A stretch of DNA of 64,000 bases from a virus, in the IMG/VR virus record IMGVR_UViG_3300048837_000975, positions 32,001-96,000 of that record; one strand, 5' to 3'. Positions 30,527 to 40,803 of this stretch are shown piece after piece. The position numbers were made by a program, and so were the translations under genes. Each line of letters begins with the position of its first letter. Position 1 is the first letter of the stretch. The notes under the pieces were generated by a model that was not told the origin of the DNA, ran no database searches, and saw only the letters and a program-made list of their open reading frames with translations.

Positions 30527-31732
30527 GTGCCGTTCATCAAGAAAAAACTAGGCGTCAACGTGCTCGAGGCGGCTAAGTCTCGGATCTCTGAAGTCTTCGA
30601 CAACTTCGAGCACATCTACGTGTCGTTCAGCGGAGGCAAGGACAGCAGCGTCATGCTGCACCTTGTTATGGCCGAAGCAAAGAAGCGCAACCGCAAGATC
30701 GGTGTGCTGTTCGTCGATCTGGAGGCGCAGTACGCTCTGACCATTGAGCACATTCGCGAGTGCTACGACGAGTACGCAGCCAACATCGATCCGTACTGGG
30801 TTGCGCTTCCGATCGCCCTCAGGAACGCTGTCAGCAACTACCAGCCACAGTGGTTGTGCTGGGATCCTGACGCCAAGGACATGTGGGTGCGCGAACGCGA
30901 TCCGATGTCGATTGCGGACGAGAGCTTCTTCCCGTTCTTCGAGCGCGGAATGGAGTTCGAGGACTTCATCGAGGTATTTGGTGAGTGGTACGGCAAAGGC
31001 GAGCCAACGGCGTGTTTCGTCGGCATCCGATGCGATGAGAGCCTGAACCGGTGGCGCACACTGACCGGTGACAAGGCAATGTGGGGCGGCCGGAAGTGGA
31101 GTACCCAGGTCACGGAAAATGTGACGAACATATATCCAATCTACGATTGGAAAACTGCTGACCTGTGGGTTTTTTCCAGCAAAACCGGACTAAAGTACAA
31201 CAAGCTGTACGACCGGATGCACCAGGCCGGTTTGACCATACATGCGATGCGGATCTGCCAGCCGTACGGAGACGACCAGCGGAAGGGTCTCTGGCTGTAC
31301 CAGGTGATTGAGCCTCAGACGTGGGGAAAGGTAGTAGCGCGTGTCAACGGTGCAAACTTTGGGAGTCTTTACGCCCAGGAGTCCGGCAACGTCCTGGGGC
31401 GCCTCAAGATCGCGAAACCGAATGGGCACACCTGGAAAAGCTTCGCGAAGCTGCTATTGGATACCTTGCCGCCTGCGGCACGAGAACACTACACAAACAA
31501 GATTATAGTGTTCCTGAAGTGGTACTCTGAACGCGGGTATCCAGATGACATTCCAGACGACGGGCCGGTCAACACAAGGGATACACCGAGCTGGGCAAGG
31601 GTGTGCAAGATGCTGCTCAAGAATGATTATTGGGGAAAAACGCTCGGTTTCAGTCAGCACAAGACTGGCGCCTACCAGAAGTATCTCGAGTTGATGCGCC
31701 GTCGCAAGGAAGCCTGGGGAATCAAAGTATGA
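30527..31732 (+). CDS. ibrA: IbrA-like PAPS reductase family protein (DUF3440)
   Basis: SFSGGKDS PP-loop; VGIRCDESLNR; PIYDW; MRICQPYGDDQR.GL; SW.R.CK..LKNDYW. Confidence 0.92.
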   Translation: MPFIKKKLGVNVLEAAKSRISEVFDNFEHIYVSFSGGKDSSVMLHLVMAEAKKRNRKIGVLFVDLEAQYALTIEHIRECYDEYAANIDPYWVALPIALRNAVSNYQPQWLCWDPDAKDMWVRERDPMSIADESFFPFFERGMEFEDFIEVFGEWYGKGEPTACFVGIRCDESLNRWRTLTGDKAMWGGRKWSTQVTENVTNIYPIYDWKTADLWVFSSKTGLKYNKLYDRMHQAGLTIHAMRICQPYGDDQRKGLWLYQVIEPQTWGKVVARVNGANFGSLYAQESGNVLGRLKIAKPNGHTWKSFAKLLLDTLPPAAREHYTNKIIVFLKWYSERGYPDDIPDDGPVNTRDTPSWARVCKMLLKNDYWGKTLGFSQHKTGAYQKYLELMRRRKEAWGIKV

Positions 31733-32364
31733 ATGGGCTAATCGAAAAACTGGTTGCCGAGCTTGGTGCGCTGGACCTGGACGCGCGTGTTGAGGCGCTG
31801 AACAAGATTCGTGAGGCGCTTCACGATGTGAGCCCGTTCAAGGAGGAACCGGTCGACTTCGTTCGATGGGTTAAGTCCGATACAGTTTCCGCGAACGCGT
31901 GGAATCCAAATCACGTCGCTCCGCCTGAGATGAAGCTGTTGGAGCTGTCGATTGTCGCTGATGGGTACACTCAACCAGTGGTAGGGTACGCCATTGAATC
32001 CGGCTACGAGGTTGTTGACGGCTTTCACAGAAATCTAGTGGCCAAAACTTCACCTCAAGTACGCGAACGAGTGAAGGGTTACCTTCCGATAGTCCGGATC
32101 AAATCCGACCGAGAAGATAAGGGAGATCGGATGGCGGCCACAATACGCCATAACAGGGCTCGCGGAAAACATGAGGTAATGGCCATGTCAACCATAGTAG
32201 CCGACCTAATCAAGCGCAACTGGTCAGAAAGTCGTGTTGCTACAGAGCTCGGAATGTCCGCTGATGAGGTTTTACGCTTGCGTCAGGTTACAGGGCTAGC
32301 AGAACTGTTCGCGGATCGCGAGTTCTCAGAGGCTTGGGAGATCGTTGAGGACACTCCGGAATGA
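31729..32364 (+). CDS. ibrB: IbrB-like ParB/Srx nuclease-domain protein
   Basis: EPVD.V.WV...AN.WNPN.VAPPEM.LL..SI..DGYTQP; VDGFHR; ATIRHNRARGKH. Confidence 0.92.
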   Translation: MNGLIEKLVAELGALDLDARVEALNKIREALHDVSPFKEEPVDFVRWVKSDTVSANAWNPNHVAPPEMKLLELSIVADGYTQPVVGYAIESGYEVVDGFHRNLVAKTSPQVRERVKGYLPIVRIKSDREDKGDRMAATIRHNRARGKHEVMAMSTIVADLIKRNWSESRVATELGMSADEVLRLRQVTGLAELFADREFSEAWEIVEDTPE

Positions 32365-33638
32365 AGCTTGAGCAGATGCTAGAAACGGACGGCTGGAGCA
32401 AAAGTTCGCTGTACTCCGACGAATCAGAATACCCATGGTATGTGTATAGGCATATATGCGAGCCAACTGGCAAATGCTACGTTGGTTATTCGGACAAGCC
32501 GATCAGGCGGTGGTTAGAGCACGTCAGGAACTCAAGAAATCAAAACAGCGATTGCTATGATACGAAGCTAAGTCGAGCGATCAGAAAATATGGAGAGACA
32601 CAGTGGTCGCACGAGATAGTAGCAAAGACCGACTGCCAAGAGTCGGCGGCTACACTTGAGCTGAAGTACGTTTCCGTGTTCAATTCGTACGAAGATGGTT
32701 ACAACTCCACGCTGGGCGGAGACGGAGCATCTCAAAAAGAGCGACTTACTGAAGAGTTCATCCTCGATAGGATCCGTGACCACAAGAAGCTCACGGGAAA
32801 GTTTCCGACCACGTCGTCGCTTTCGGTTGCCGGCGGATACGAAGGAGACACCTGGAACGGATACAGCCTAGCACTGTCGCAGGGATTTAGAGGGTTGCCC
32901 GGCGGATCCTCTCTGGCAAAGCTTCTGGCAAAGCACTTTGATCATGCAACAAATATGACCAAAGTGGACCTGACCGAAGAGTTCATTCTTGAGAGAGCTA
33001 CCGAGCACTTTAGAATCTTTTCAAGGTGGCCCCGCGGGTCTGATGGAGATGTTATAGGAGGACATCCCGGCGATACCTGGTCAGGGTATCATAGTGCTTT
33101 GTCGAAAGGTCACAGAGGTCTTCGCGGAGGAACGTCACTGGGAGAATTCCTACTATCAAAGACAGGTTACAGGAACCACAAAAACAAGCAGAAGCTTACC
33201 GAGTCGTTCATTGCAGAAGCTGCAACAAAGTACAAGGATAAAAACGGACGATGGCCAACATCAAAATCTGGTGATGTAGAATTTGGTCATCCAGGAGATA
33301 CCTGGATTGGTTACGACGGTGCGCTTGAGAAGGGTCTCCGCGGCCTGCCAGGCGGAAGCTCACTAGCTAGACTGTTAGACGAGCAAACTGATTATGTGAA
33401 CCACAAGACGAAGCCGGATCTAACTGAAGAATTTATCCTGAACAGGGCAGCAGAATACCTGTCAGAAACAGGAAAGTTACCAACCAAGCATTCCGGTAGC
33501 GTAAGAAACGGTCACCCTGGCGATACGTGGTGCGGATACGCAGCATCCCTGGAAAGGGGAACAAGAGGTCTTCCTGGCAAATCAACCTTGCCGAAGCTCC
33601 TCAAACCCCTGAAGCTCGTCAAGCCCACTCAAACTTGA
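32361..33638 (+). CDS. GIY-YIG homing endonuclease-like protein with four C-terminal repeat domains
   Basis: YVY...YVG...RW.EH...AIRKYG...GYN.TLGG; four G..GDTW.GY..L..G.RGL.G repeats; paralogue of 2307-3431. Confidence 0.8.
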   Translation: MKLEQMLETDGWSKSSLYSDESEYPWYVYRHICEPTGKCYVGYSDKPIRRWLEHVRNSRNQNSDCYDTKLSRAIRKYGETQWSHEIVAKTDCQESAATLELKYVSVFNSYEDGYNSTLGGDGASQKERLTEEFILDRIRDHKKLTGKFPTTSSLSVAGGYEGDTWNGYSLALSQGFRGLPGGSSLAKLLAKHFDHATNMTKVDLTEEFILERATEHFRIFSRWPRGSDGDVIGGHPGDTWSGYHSALSKGHRGLRGGTSLGEFLLSKTGYRNHKNKQKLTESFIAEAATKYKDKNGRWPTSKSGDVEFGHPGDTWIGYDGALEKGLRGLPGGSSLARLLDEQTDYVNHKTKPDLTEEFILNRAAEYLSETGKLPTKHSGSVRNGHPGDTWCGYAASLERGTRGLPGKSTLPKLLKPLKLVKPTQT

Positions 33639-33671
33639 ACTTCCGGCCGGCAAAGTGTATTGTCAACAGAA

Positions 33672-34208
33672 ATGTTGACGCTTGCCGACGTTGCCGCTCC
33701 GAAACACACCATCCGGTCATTCAAAGGGCCAGAGGATACGATTTCGACCATGACGGAAATGGTGCGCGGTCCAAGAGGCGAGCGCTCCATGGTCGTATAC
33801 GCCGCGACGCAAGCCGTTATTCGCGGTCTGCAGCCGAAGGACTACCTGTCGGAGATCCTGGCGATCCGGAACTTCGTTGCTGAAAAGTGTAGATACTGCA
33901 ACGATCCAGCCAGTACCGAGCTCGTTAGGGATCCTCAGCATATCATTGAAGAGATCGCGAAGCACGGTCGCATCAGCGCCGACTGTGACGACATCGCCTG
34001 TGTGACCGCCGCTATGGCGCGCCAGGTTGGGCGAGATGCGGAGTTCATCACTGTTGGCTTTGGGGAGCCTGGTCGGTTTACTCACGTGTTCTGCAGGGTT
34101 CTGGAGCCGAAGTCAGGCAAGTGGATCGTGTGCGATCCGGTTGCTGGCACCGGCGAAGAAAAGATGCTGTTGCGAGTCAAGACGTGGAAAGCACACAAGA
34201 TTCCGTAA
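33672..34208 (+). CDS. transglutaminase-like cysteine protease, candidate virion maturation protease
   Basis: DCDD...HV...W...DP (Cys-His-Asp triad); first gene of the structural cluster. Confidence 0.8.
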   Translation: MLTLADVAAPKHTIRSFKGPEDTISTMTEMVRGPRGERSMVVYAATQAVIRGLQPKDYLSEILAIRNFVAEKCRYCNDPASTELVRDPQHIIEEIAKHGRISADCDDIACVTAAMARQVGRDAEFITVGFGEPGRFTHVFCRVLEPKSGKWIVCDPVAGTGEEKMLLRVKTWKAHKIP

Positions 34209-34219
34209 GGTAAACAAAC

Positions 34220-34891
34220 ATGAGCTACTATCCTACGAATGGTTTGGGCGCGTCCGCGTCTGTTTCGGCCTCTGCCTCGTTGAGCGTTGGTGCGAAGAAG
34301 CCGGCTCCGAAGAAGCCTGCGCCCAAGAAACCGGCTCCGAAGAAGCCTGGTCTCATCACTTCGTTCGCCGCGAAGATAGCTGCGGCTACGAAATCTGCCG
34401 CTGATGCTAAGAAAAAGGCACAGATTGAGGCCGCCCGCAAAGCAGCCTCAGCTGCCGCATCAAAGCCTGGCACACCGAAGGCTGCTTCTGTTCCCGCTGC
34501 GCGGCCAGCGCTGCTGAGCGCTGCTGGTCACGCTATCAAGGCTGCGTCTACGCCAGTTGCTCGCCCAGCGCTCCTGAGCGAGTCCGGCGCGAAGGCGAAC
34601 GCCGATGTGATGAATCCGGAAAAGCAGAGCATTTCGACCGACGGAAAGTGCTACGCTGGTAAGGTTCTTTTTGAGAACCGTGGAATCAGCTTCTGTATGC
34701 CTCCCGCCGCGTACGCGCAGATGCAGCTCGAAAAGGCTGGCCCCGCCGTCGTCTCGGTGAAGCCCGAGGATGCCATTAATTCTGATCAGAAGACGGTGGA
34801 GGTGGAGCCAAAGAGTAACCTTCCTCTGAAGATTGCTGTCGGTGGGTTGATTGCTGCCGGAGCCATCACGCTGATTATTGTGGCAAGCTAA
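34220..34891 (+). CDS. Ala/Lys/Pro-rich protein with C-terminal TM
   Basis: NGLG, KKPAP x3, C-terminal hydrophobic helix. Confidence 0.7.
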   Translation: MSYYPTNGLGASASVSASASLSVGAKKPAPKKPAPKKPAPKKPGLITSFAAKIAAATKSAADAKKKAQIEAARKAASAAASKPGTPKAASVPAARPALLSAAGHAIKAASTPVARPALLSESGAKANADVMNPEKQSISTDGKCYAGKVLFENRGISFCMPPAAYAQMQLEKAGPAVVSVKPEDAINSDQKTVEVEPKSNLPLKIAVGGLIAAGAITLIIVAS

Positions 34892-35913
34892 TGTCGGTTC
34901 TTACATCAATAGCAAAAGCTCAAGCTGCCGCTGCCAAGGTTGTCGCAGAAGTGAAAGCTAAAGCGGCAGCTGACGCCAAGAAGAAGGCTGCGATTGAGGC
35001 TTCGCGTAAGGCATCATCCGAGATGGCTGCAAAGTCAGCCGCCTACGCCGCTCAGCAGGAGGCAAAGGCTCGTGCCGCTCAGCAAGCTGCGATCGAAGCC
35101 TCACGCCGAGCGTCTGCGGAGCAAGCCGCCAGATCTGCTGCGGCAGCTGCCCAGTCTGAAGCGAAAGCAAAGGCTGAACGCGCAGCTATGATCGAGGCAT
35201 CCCGGAGGGCGTCGGCTGAGATGGCTGCGAAGTCTGCTGCAGCGGCTGCTCAGGCCGAGGCTAAAGCCAAAGCGGAGCGCGCGGCGATGATCGAAGCCTC
35301 GCGCAAAGCTTCGGCGGAGCAAGCTGCTAAGGCTGCTGCCTATGCTGCTCAACAGGAAGCTGCCGCCAAAGCTGCTGAAGCGAAGCGTCTAGCTGCGATC
35401 GAGGCGTCCCGCAGGGCTTCAGCCGAGATGGCGGCGAAGTCTGCAGCGTACGCTGCTCAACAAGAAGCTGCCGCCAAGGCTGCTCAACAGGAGGCTATCG
35501 AAGCTGGGCGGGCAAAGCTGTCTCAGCAGGCGTCTGCGGCTGCCGCTCAATCCGCGCAGATCGAAGCTGCTGCGAAGCAAACCGAGTCGCGAGTGTCGAT
35601 GGAAGCTGCTCGCGCTGCTGACATGGCGGCTCGCGCTGCCGCTTCAGCAAAGACGGCTGAGGATGCTCGCGCAGCACAGATCGCACAGACCATCGCTTCA
35701 GCAAAGGCTGCCGAAGCGAACCGCATCAAGCAAGAGACCGATTCCGTTCTGGTTCAACCGGAGAAGTCAGCCATAACCCCGATTGACATCAAGGAATTTG
35801 CTCTAAAGCAAGAACCGGTGCAGAATAGACCCAAGGTGTCTAAGGTGGCAGTCGCTGCGGGCGCCGGCATTCTGGGAATCGGTGTGGTTGCATATCTAGT
35901 GTATCGGAAATAA
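34891..35913 (+). CDS. Ala-rich repeat protein with C-terminal TM anchor
   Basis: six IEA(S/G)R repeats; TM followed by RK. Confidence 0.75.
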   Translation: MSVLTSIAKAQAAAAKVVAEVKAKAAADAKKKAAIEASRKASSEMAAKSAAYAAQQEAKARAAQQAAIEASRRASAEQAARSAAAAAQSEAKAKAERAAMIEASRRASAEMAAKSAAAAAQAEAKAKAERAAMIEASRKASAEQAAKAAAYAAQQEAAAKAAEAKRLAAIEASRRASAEMAAKSAAYAAQQEAAAKAAQQEAIEAGRAKLSQQASAAAAQSAQIEAAAKQTESRVSMEAARAADMAARAAASAKTAEDARAAQIAQTIASAKAAEANRIKQETDSVLVQPEKSAITPIDIKEFALKQEPVQNRPKVSKVAVAAGAGILGIGVVAYLVYRK

Positions 35914-35916
35914 CCA

Positions 35917-36603
35917 ATGTCGAGATATCCTGTTTACCCTACCCAGATTGTTGGCGGTAACCTTCCTTCAATGAAGGATATGGGGCCCCCAGATCTGAGG
36001 CCGTCCTCGAGCACGGCGCCGCGATACCAAAGGAGATTTGATCAAATGTACGGAAGGCACTTGGCTGGCGCGTCGCTGGGCACCGTCGTAGCGGACGAGG
36101 AGGTTCAGTCGGGCTGGGCGCTGAACGAGATTCAGCAAATGGAAGCGATGGACGACACGCAAGCTTCTGGCGTGTTCGACCCGCCCGGCTCACGTCCCAA
36201 CATTAACGTTGACTACGGCATTCTTGCTGCGCGCTACTCGCTTCCGGGGTTCCTTGCGCGCGAGAAGATGTTCGCGCCGTCCGAGGTTCGCGATGCGACT
36301 ACGGGCGAGCCGATTGTGAACGTTCCTGCCGGCTGGACGGTCGCTGATGACGCGTCGAAGATCGCGTTCATTCAGAATCGCTTTCACCAACCTCCGAAGT
36401 CTGTGGTCGCTTGGACCAAACAGGATCCGATGGTTGAGCGCTCTACCGTGAATGCGACCATGCCCGCGAAGCCGGTGAGCGGCCTCGGAAGCCTCGGTTC
36501 GTCTACTACCATGATCGCTGTTCTGGGTCTTGCTGGTCTTGCTGCTGGCGTGTATGCGGCTAGCAAGATGGGAGCGATGTCGAAGAACGGGAGAAAGCGC
36601 TAA
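35917..36603 (+). CDS. putative virion membrane protein
   Basis: SGLG, TM, basic tail. Confidence 0.7.
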   Translation: MSRYPVYPTQIVGGNLPSMKDMGPPDLRPSSSTAPRYQRRFDQMYGRHLAGASLGTVVADEEVQSGWALNEIQQMEAMDDTQASGVFDPPGSRPNINVDYGILAARYSLPGFLAREKMFAPSEVRDATTGEPIVNVPAGWTVADDASKIAFIQNRFHQPPKSVVAWTKQDPMVERSTVNATMPAKPVSGLGSLGSSTTMIAVLGLAGLAAGVYAASKMGAMSKNGRKR

Positions 36604-37115
36604 TGGCAACTGTTCTTGGTCTGCCTCTGATTCTTGATGATGAAGAGGTGAATGAGCCGGTTACCATTCGTCACGATCCTCGTGAGCCGGGTCACCCGCT
36701 TCACGTTCAGCGAGACTACAACCGTCCGATGAACATTCGGCACGGAGGCAACATGTCAGGGTTCGGAAACCCGGATCCAAGCATGGGCGCATTCGGCAAC
36801 CTCGGCGCGTACTACCCATCTTCCGGCAAGCCTGTTGGCGCAGGCTCAGCGATTGCTGCTACGGTTTCGCCGGTTGCTGGCCTTGGAATGGGTCCTCTGT
36901 CCGCTGCTGGCCTTGGCATGGGAACGATCGCGCTGATTGGGCTCGCGTACGTGGCGGCGCTTGGCGGCTCTGGCTATTACCTCGGCGGTAAGTTCGCTCC
37001 TTCTGCAAAGCAGGAAGAGGCGTACAAGTGGATTGGTGCGGTTGCCAACGTGATTCTTCCTGGCATTGGTCTTGTTGGCCTTGGTCTGGCTAGCGCGCTG
37101 TCCTCAGATGAGTGA
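36603..37115 (+). CDS. putative virion membrane protein
   Basis: multiple GLG/GFG motifs, two TM. Confidence 0.7.
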   Translation: MATVLGLPLILDDEEVNEPVTIRHDPREPGHPLHVQRDYNRPMNIRHGGNMSGFGNPDPSMGAFGNLGAYYPSSGKPVGAGSAIAATVSPVAGLGMGPLSAAGLGMGTIALIGLAYVAALGGSGYYLGGKFAPSAKQEEAYKWIGAVANVILPGIGLVGLGLASALSSDE

Positions 37116-37155
37116 ATTTGTGTTTCATCCCCAAAAGGGGTAGATTAGAGGAGTC

Positions 37156-37554
37156 ATGTATCAAGGCGTTCCCTCCCCTTTTGCTGTCAGGGCACATCCA
37201 TACCCGTCAAGGTTCCACGGAACTTCTTCCGTGCGTCCGGTCTTTAGCTTCCCTTTCGTTAGGAAGCCTCACAATGTGCTGATGCCAAATCAGTACAAGG
37301 GGCTCGGTGCTGAGATCGCAACCGTTCCGACCACGACCGCTCCGGAGGAGATTGATTATCCCGAGAAGCATATCGGATGGGACACTCGTGATGGTATCTT
37401 CCGCGACTACGAGGTTGGCGGAGGAGGACTCTTCAACAACGTTTCGGGGCTCGGTATGACCGTAGACGCAAAATCAGTTTCACTGTTCATGGTTGGTGCT
37501 GGCGTAGCGTTTGCCGCCGTGTCCCTGTTCCTGGCGAACCGAAAGAAGGCGTAA
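37156..37554 (+). CDS. putative virion membrane protein
   Basis: GAGGAG SD; two GLG; TM and basic tail. Confidence 0.7.
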   Translation: MYQGVPSPFAVRAHPYPSRFHGTSSVRPVFSFPFVRKPHNVLMPNQYKGLGAEIATVPTTTAPEEIDYPEKHIGWDTRDGIFRDYEVGGGGLFNNVSGLGMTVDAKSVSLFMVGAGVAFAAVSLFLANRKKA

Positions 37555-37555
37555 C

Positions 37556-38377
37556 ATGGCTTACACTTCTCTTCGCGGTGGACTCGGCGCTGGCTGTCAG
37601 GGGGTGACCCTTGCTGAACCGTCTCCGGTCTGCTGGGACAAGCCCGGCTTCACGGACTGCATGAACGAGCAGCTTCGTAAGGCTCAGGCCAACTGCAACA
37701 ACGTTTGGAAGACGCAAGGTTATTGCAGCTACGACAACTGCGTTCAGCAGTATCGGCGCATGTACCAGAAGTCCAATTGCAGCAACATCTACTGTGATGT
37801 TGGGCCAGCAAAGCCGACCGAGACGAAGTGTTACACCAGCGCGCAGTGCCCATCTGGTCTGATCTGTCAGGGAGCAGGAAGCTTCTCGCAAGGAATCTGC
37901 GTCGCCAAGGTTCTGCCTTCGGTCACCACGTCTGCTCAGAATGCTGTTGCGCAGATGCAGGTCTCGGACGCGAGCAAGTATCCGTGGATGGTGAAGTCTG
38001 CGGCTACCCTCGAGCTTCAGAAGAGAATCAACGCCGCTGGGTTGGACCGCTGGAAGAAGGGTCTAACGAAGGGCTACTGTAAGATCGAAGAGGACGGAAA
38101 GCTTGCCGCTGGCACTTGTGGCGCCGGTCGAGCTAATGGCATTCCGATGCCGACTTCGTGTAAAGAGTACGCGACGGATTGTCGAGGAACTTTCGTTGGC
38201 GACGCGAAACCTGCGGTTGTTGCGCCTCGCCCCACGTCTGTTCCTGTATATGTGCCTACTCCTGCTCCGGTTGACGTGCCCGCCTACGTGGCTCCGGAGC
38301 CCGTGTACAAAAACAAGGCGCTTCTCTTTGGTATCATCAGCGGAATCGTTGGCGCGGTTCTGAAAACGGGAATGTAA
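37556..38377 (+). CDS. Cys-rich protein with peptidoglycan-binding-like domain and C-terminal TM
   Basis: GGLG; LQKRIN...I.EDGKL...TC resembles PG_binding_1. Confidence 0.6.
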   Translation: MAYTSLRGGLGAGCQGVTLAEPSPVCWDKPGFTDCMNEQLRKAQANCNNVWKTQGYCSYDNCVQQYRRMYQKSNCSNIYCDVGPAKPTETKCYTSAQCPSGLICQGAGSFSQGICVAKVLPSVTTSAQNAVAQMQVSDASKYPWMVKSAATLELQKRINAAGLDRWKKGLTKGYCKIEEDGKLAAGTCGAGRANGIPMPTSCKEYATDCRGTFVGDAKPAVVAPRPTSVPVYVPTPAPVDVPAYVAPEPVYKNKALLFGIISGIVGAVLKTGM

Positions 38378-39165
38378 TGGCTACTCACACTATCAAAGCT
38401 GGCGATACGCCCTGGTCTCTCGCGGTGAAGTACGTTGGAAACGGAAACCGCTGGAAGGAACTCTGTTCGTCGAATCCGCAGCTTCCGAAGCACGCGACGT
38501 ATGGGTGCGTGTTTACGGTTGGTAAGGTGATTGAGCTTCCGCAGTCCTGGGTTCCTGACTCTCCTGTTCAGCAGGATCTGCCGACGGCTCCGACCACCTA
38601 CATTACGGTTCCGCAGCAGATCAATATTCCAGGATTTGGGCCGGTATCCGTTCCTCAGATTCCTGGGCTGACGGCTCCGACGGCTACTCCAGCTCCAGCG
38701 ACTGCTCCTTCGGTTACGTCCGCTCCGAAGCCTGGTCTGATGGTTCCGGTGACTGCTCAGGTGAAGCCGGGTCTCATTCCTGGGTTGCCCGCGCAGGTAG
38801 CTGGCGTCGACACGTCGTACCTTCTGATTGGTGCCGCTGGCTTGCTCGCGATTGGCGCCGCCGTGGTGTTGACCGGCAAGAAGAAGCCGGCCATGTCGCA
38901 GAACCCGCGCAAGCTCACCAAAGAGCAGCTGTCGGCGTTCAAGCGGTGGGACCGTGCGTCCAAGGCGTGGTACGGAGCGATCAACGCCAAGAGGAAGCCC
39001 GAGGTGATCTCGGTCCTCGCCAAGAAGGAGATGGCGGCTCGAGACAAGATGCGAAATGCTGGTGTACAAGAGCAGTACATCCACAGCATCGAGACTCGCA
39101 ATATGAAGCTGCGACCGAAGCGCAAAGCTGCGCCCAAGTCTAAGCGGCGTGGTGGTCGACGATGA
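38377..39165 (+). CDS. LysM domain membrane protein with basic tail
   Basis: HTIKAGDTPWSLA.KY.G...RWKEL...NP.L...VG.VI.LP. Confidence 0.85.
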   Translation: MATHTIKAGDTPWSLAVKYVGNGNRWKELCSSNPQLPKHATYGCVFTVGKVIELPQSWVPDSPVQQDLPTAPTTYITVPQQINIPGFGPVSVPQIPGLTAPTATPAPATAPSVTSAPKPGLMVPVTAQVKPGLIPGLPAQVAGVDTSYLLIGAAGLLAIGAAVVLTGKKKPAMSQNPRKLTKEQLSAFKRWDRASKAWYGAINAKRKPEVISVLAKKEMAARDKMRNAGVQEQYIHSIETRNMKLRPKRKAAPKSKRRGGRR

Positions 39166-39644
39166 GCGGTCTATTCAGAAACCAGCGAATAACGCGAGAG
39201 TCGTGCGGATCCTGCTCCGGTATGGGCGAGGTGACGCAGGATGATCTTGCACGCTGGCAGGCCGGTGACTTCTCATGGGCGGACTGGGCCTGGTGCAAGG
39301 CGTCCCCGAAGGCTCTGCTTGTCCTGGTGCCGCTGATCGGTCCGGCGCTTGGAGTTGCCTCGCTCTTTGGCGCTGGGCGCATTCCAATGCACAAGAACGT
39401 TCCGCTTGTCGCCGTTCAGGCGGCGTCGGTGTGGCCGTGCTTGTCCGAGGAGGCTCAGCGAGCAGCGAACAAGAAGGCAGAGGAGTACACCACCGGCTCT
39501 CCGTCTTCGACGCCTACTAACGTACCTGAGACATCTGTTATCCCTGAGGTGTCCAAGGAAACCAAGAAGCAAATTGGACTTTTGACTGTAGCTGCTGTAT
39601 TTATCGGTCTGACTATTCTGTCGAAACGTAAGAACAGAAAGTAA
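39162..39644 (+). CDS. membrane protein
   Basis: two hydrophobic segments, basic C-terminus. Confidence 0.6.
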   Translation: MSGLFRNQRITRESCGSCSGMGEVTQDDLARWQAGDFSWADWAWCKASPKALLVLVPLIGPALGVASLFGAGRIPMHKNVPLVAVQAASVWPCLSEEAQRAANKKAEEYTTGSPSSTPTNVPETSVIPEVSKETKKQIGLLTVAAVFIGLTILSKRKNRK

Positions 39645-39647
39645 CTC

Positions 39648-40796
39648 ATGGCTAGAGACCTGATCATATCCTGCTTCGCTCGTGCGGGGCAGAGTCAGCT
39701 GAACGCGGCTGGGCTCAAGATGATGCGCCCGGAAGACGTGTTTCCGATCAACAAGCTGACTAACTCTGTTGATGTGATCGCCATCGAGAAGGGGATGGCT
39801 GGGCACGTGCGCTCGCCGTCCGGAACCTTCTGCGACGCTGGTGACGTTTGGGGAGGGTTCTGCTTTGATCAGCTTGCGGAGAAGCTGCGAGCGTCAGGTG
39901 GCGGCTCTATCCTCCGCGGAGCCATCCTTCAGAAGGGTCTCAATCCGGCCGACTATGAGGGTGGTCGAATCGCATTGATCGCCTTCAGCGCCGGTCACAC
40001 GATGGCCCGCCACATTCTGAATAGCGCAGACGCAGAGAAGATCGATACTGTGATCTCTCTGGACGGCATTGCTTTCTCAAAGGTCAACGGAAACCTGATT
40101 GACGATCAGGGCTGGATGAACTTCGCGCGTCGCGCGTGCGGCATTGACCGAATGGGCGCAAACCGGAATCCGTATCTCGGTCCGATGATGGTTGTTGCGC
40201 ACACGCGCATAGCTCCTGCTAGCGCTGCTGTTGCGGCAACCTACCAGTCGTCTGAGAGGATCTTCTGGAGGCTCACCGAGGACTACATGAAGAAGCTGGC
40301 CTCTGTTCCTCGCTCCTTTGTGGAGCAGATGGGCAAAGCTCAGCAAGAGATCATGGCTCGCGTGACTCGGTCGCTCGACACGCTTCCGTGGCCACTCACG
40401 ATCAACTGCGCTGGCAGCAAAACGTTCTCTCGTGCATCAGCGACGCCTAGCCGAACAGGCTATCTTGGTAACCTGTGGGATCTAGAGTGGTCTGGTACGC
40501 AGGGAGCCGATCACTGCTTCGTTGCCTATGTTGCGCAGCGCGTGATCATGGAGTCGTACCTAATTCCTCGATGGAACTCGAACGACGTTGCTGTCGCCGG
40601 GCTCGGATCTGACGCTCTCACGAACGGATCTGTTACGTTTCAGTCTCCTTCCTACGCGAACCGTGGTGGAGGAGTTGTCAATCCTGGGTCTCTAGGACCA
40701 GCGAACTATTCGGTTCCCACATTGGCGCTAGGTGCTCTTGCGGCATATGGCGGATACTGGCTCGGCAAGCGTTGGTATTCAAAGAAGCGAAAGTAA
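39648..40796 (+). CDS. alpha/beta hydrolase-like protein with C-terminal TM anchor
   Basis: IALIAFSAG nucleophile elbow; ID.VISLDG; ADH; AGLG then TM. Confidence 0.6.
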   Translation: MARDLIISCFARAGQSQLNAAGLKMMRPEDVFPINKLTNSVDVIAIEKGMAGHVRSPSGTFCDAGDVWGGFCFDQLAEKLRASGGGSILRGAILQKGLNPADYEGGRIALIAFSAGHTMARHILNSADAEKIDTVISLDGIAFSKVNGNLIDDQGWMNFARRACGIDRMGANRNPYLGPMMVVAHTRIAPASAAVAATYQSSERIFWRLTEDYMKKLASVPRSFVEQMGKAQQEIMARVTRSLDTLPWPLTINCAGSKTFSRASATPSRTGYLGNLWDLEWSGTQGADHCFVAYVAQRVIMESYLIPRWNSNDVAVAGLGSDALTNGSVTFQSPSYANRGGGVVNPGSLGPANYSVPTLALGALAAYGGYWLGKRWYSKKRK

Positions 40797-40803
40797 ACTC
40801 ATC

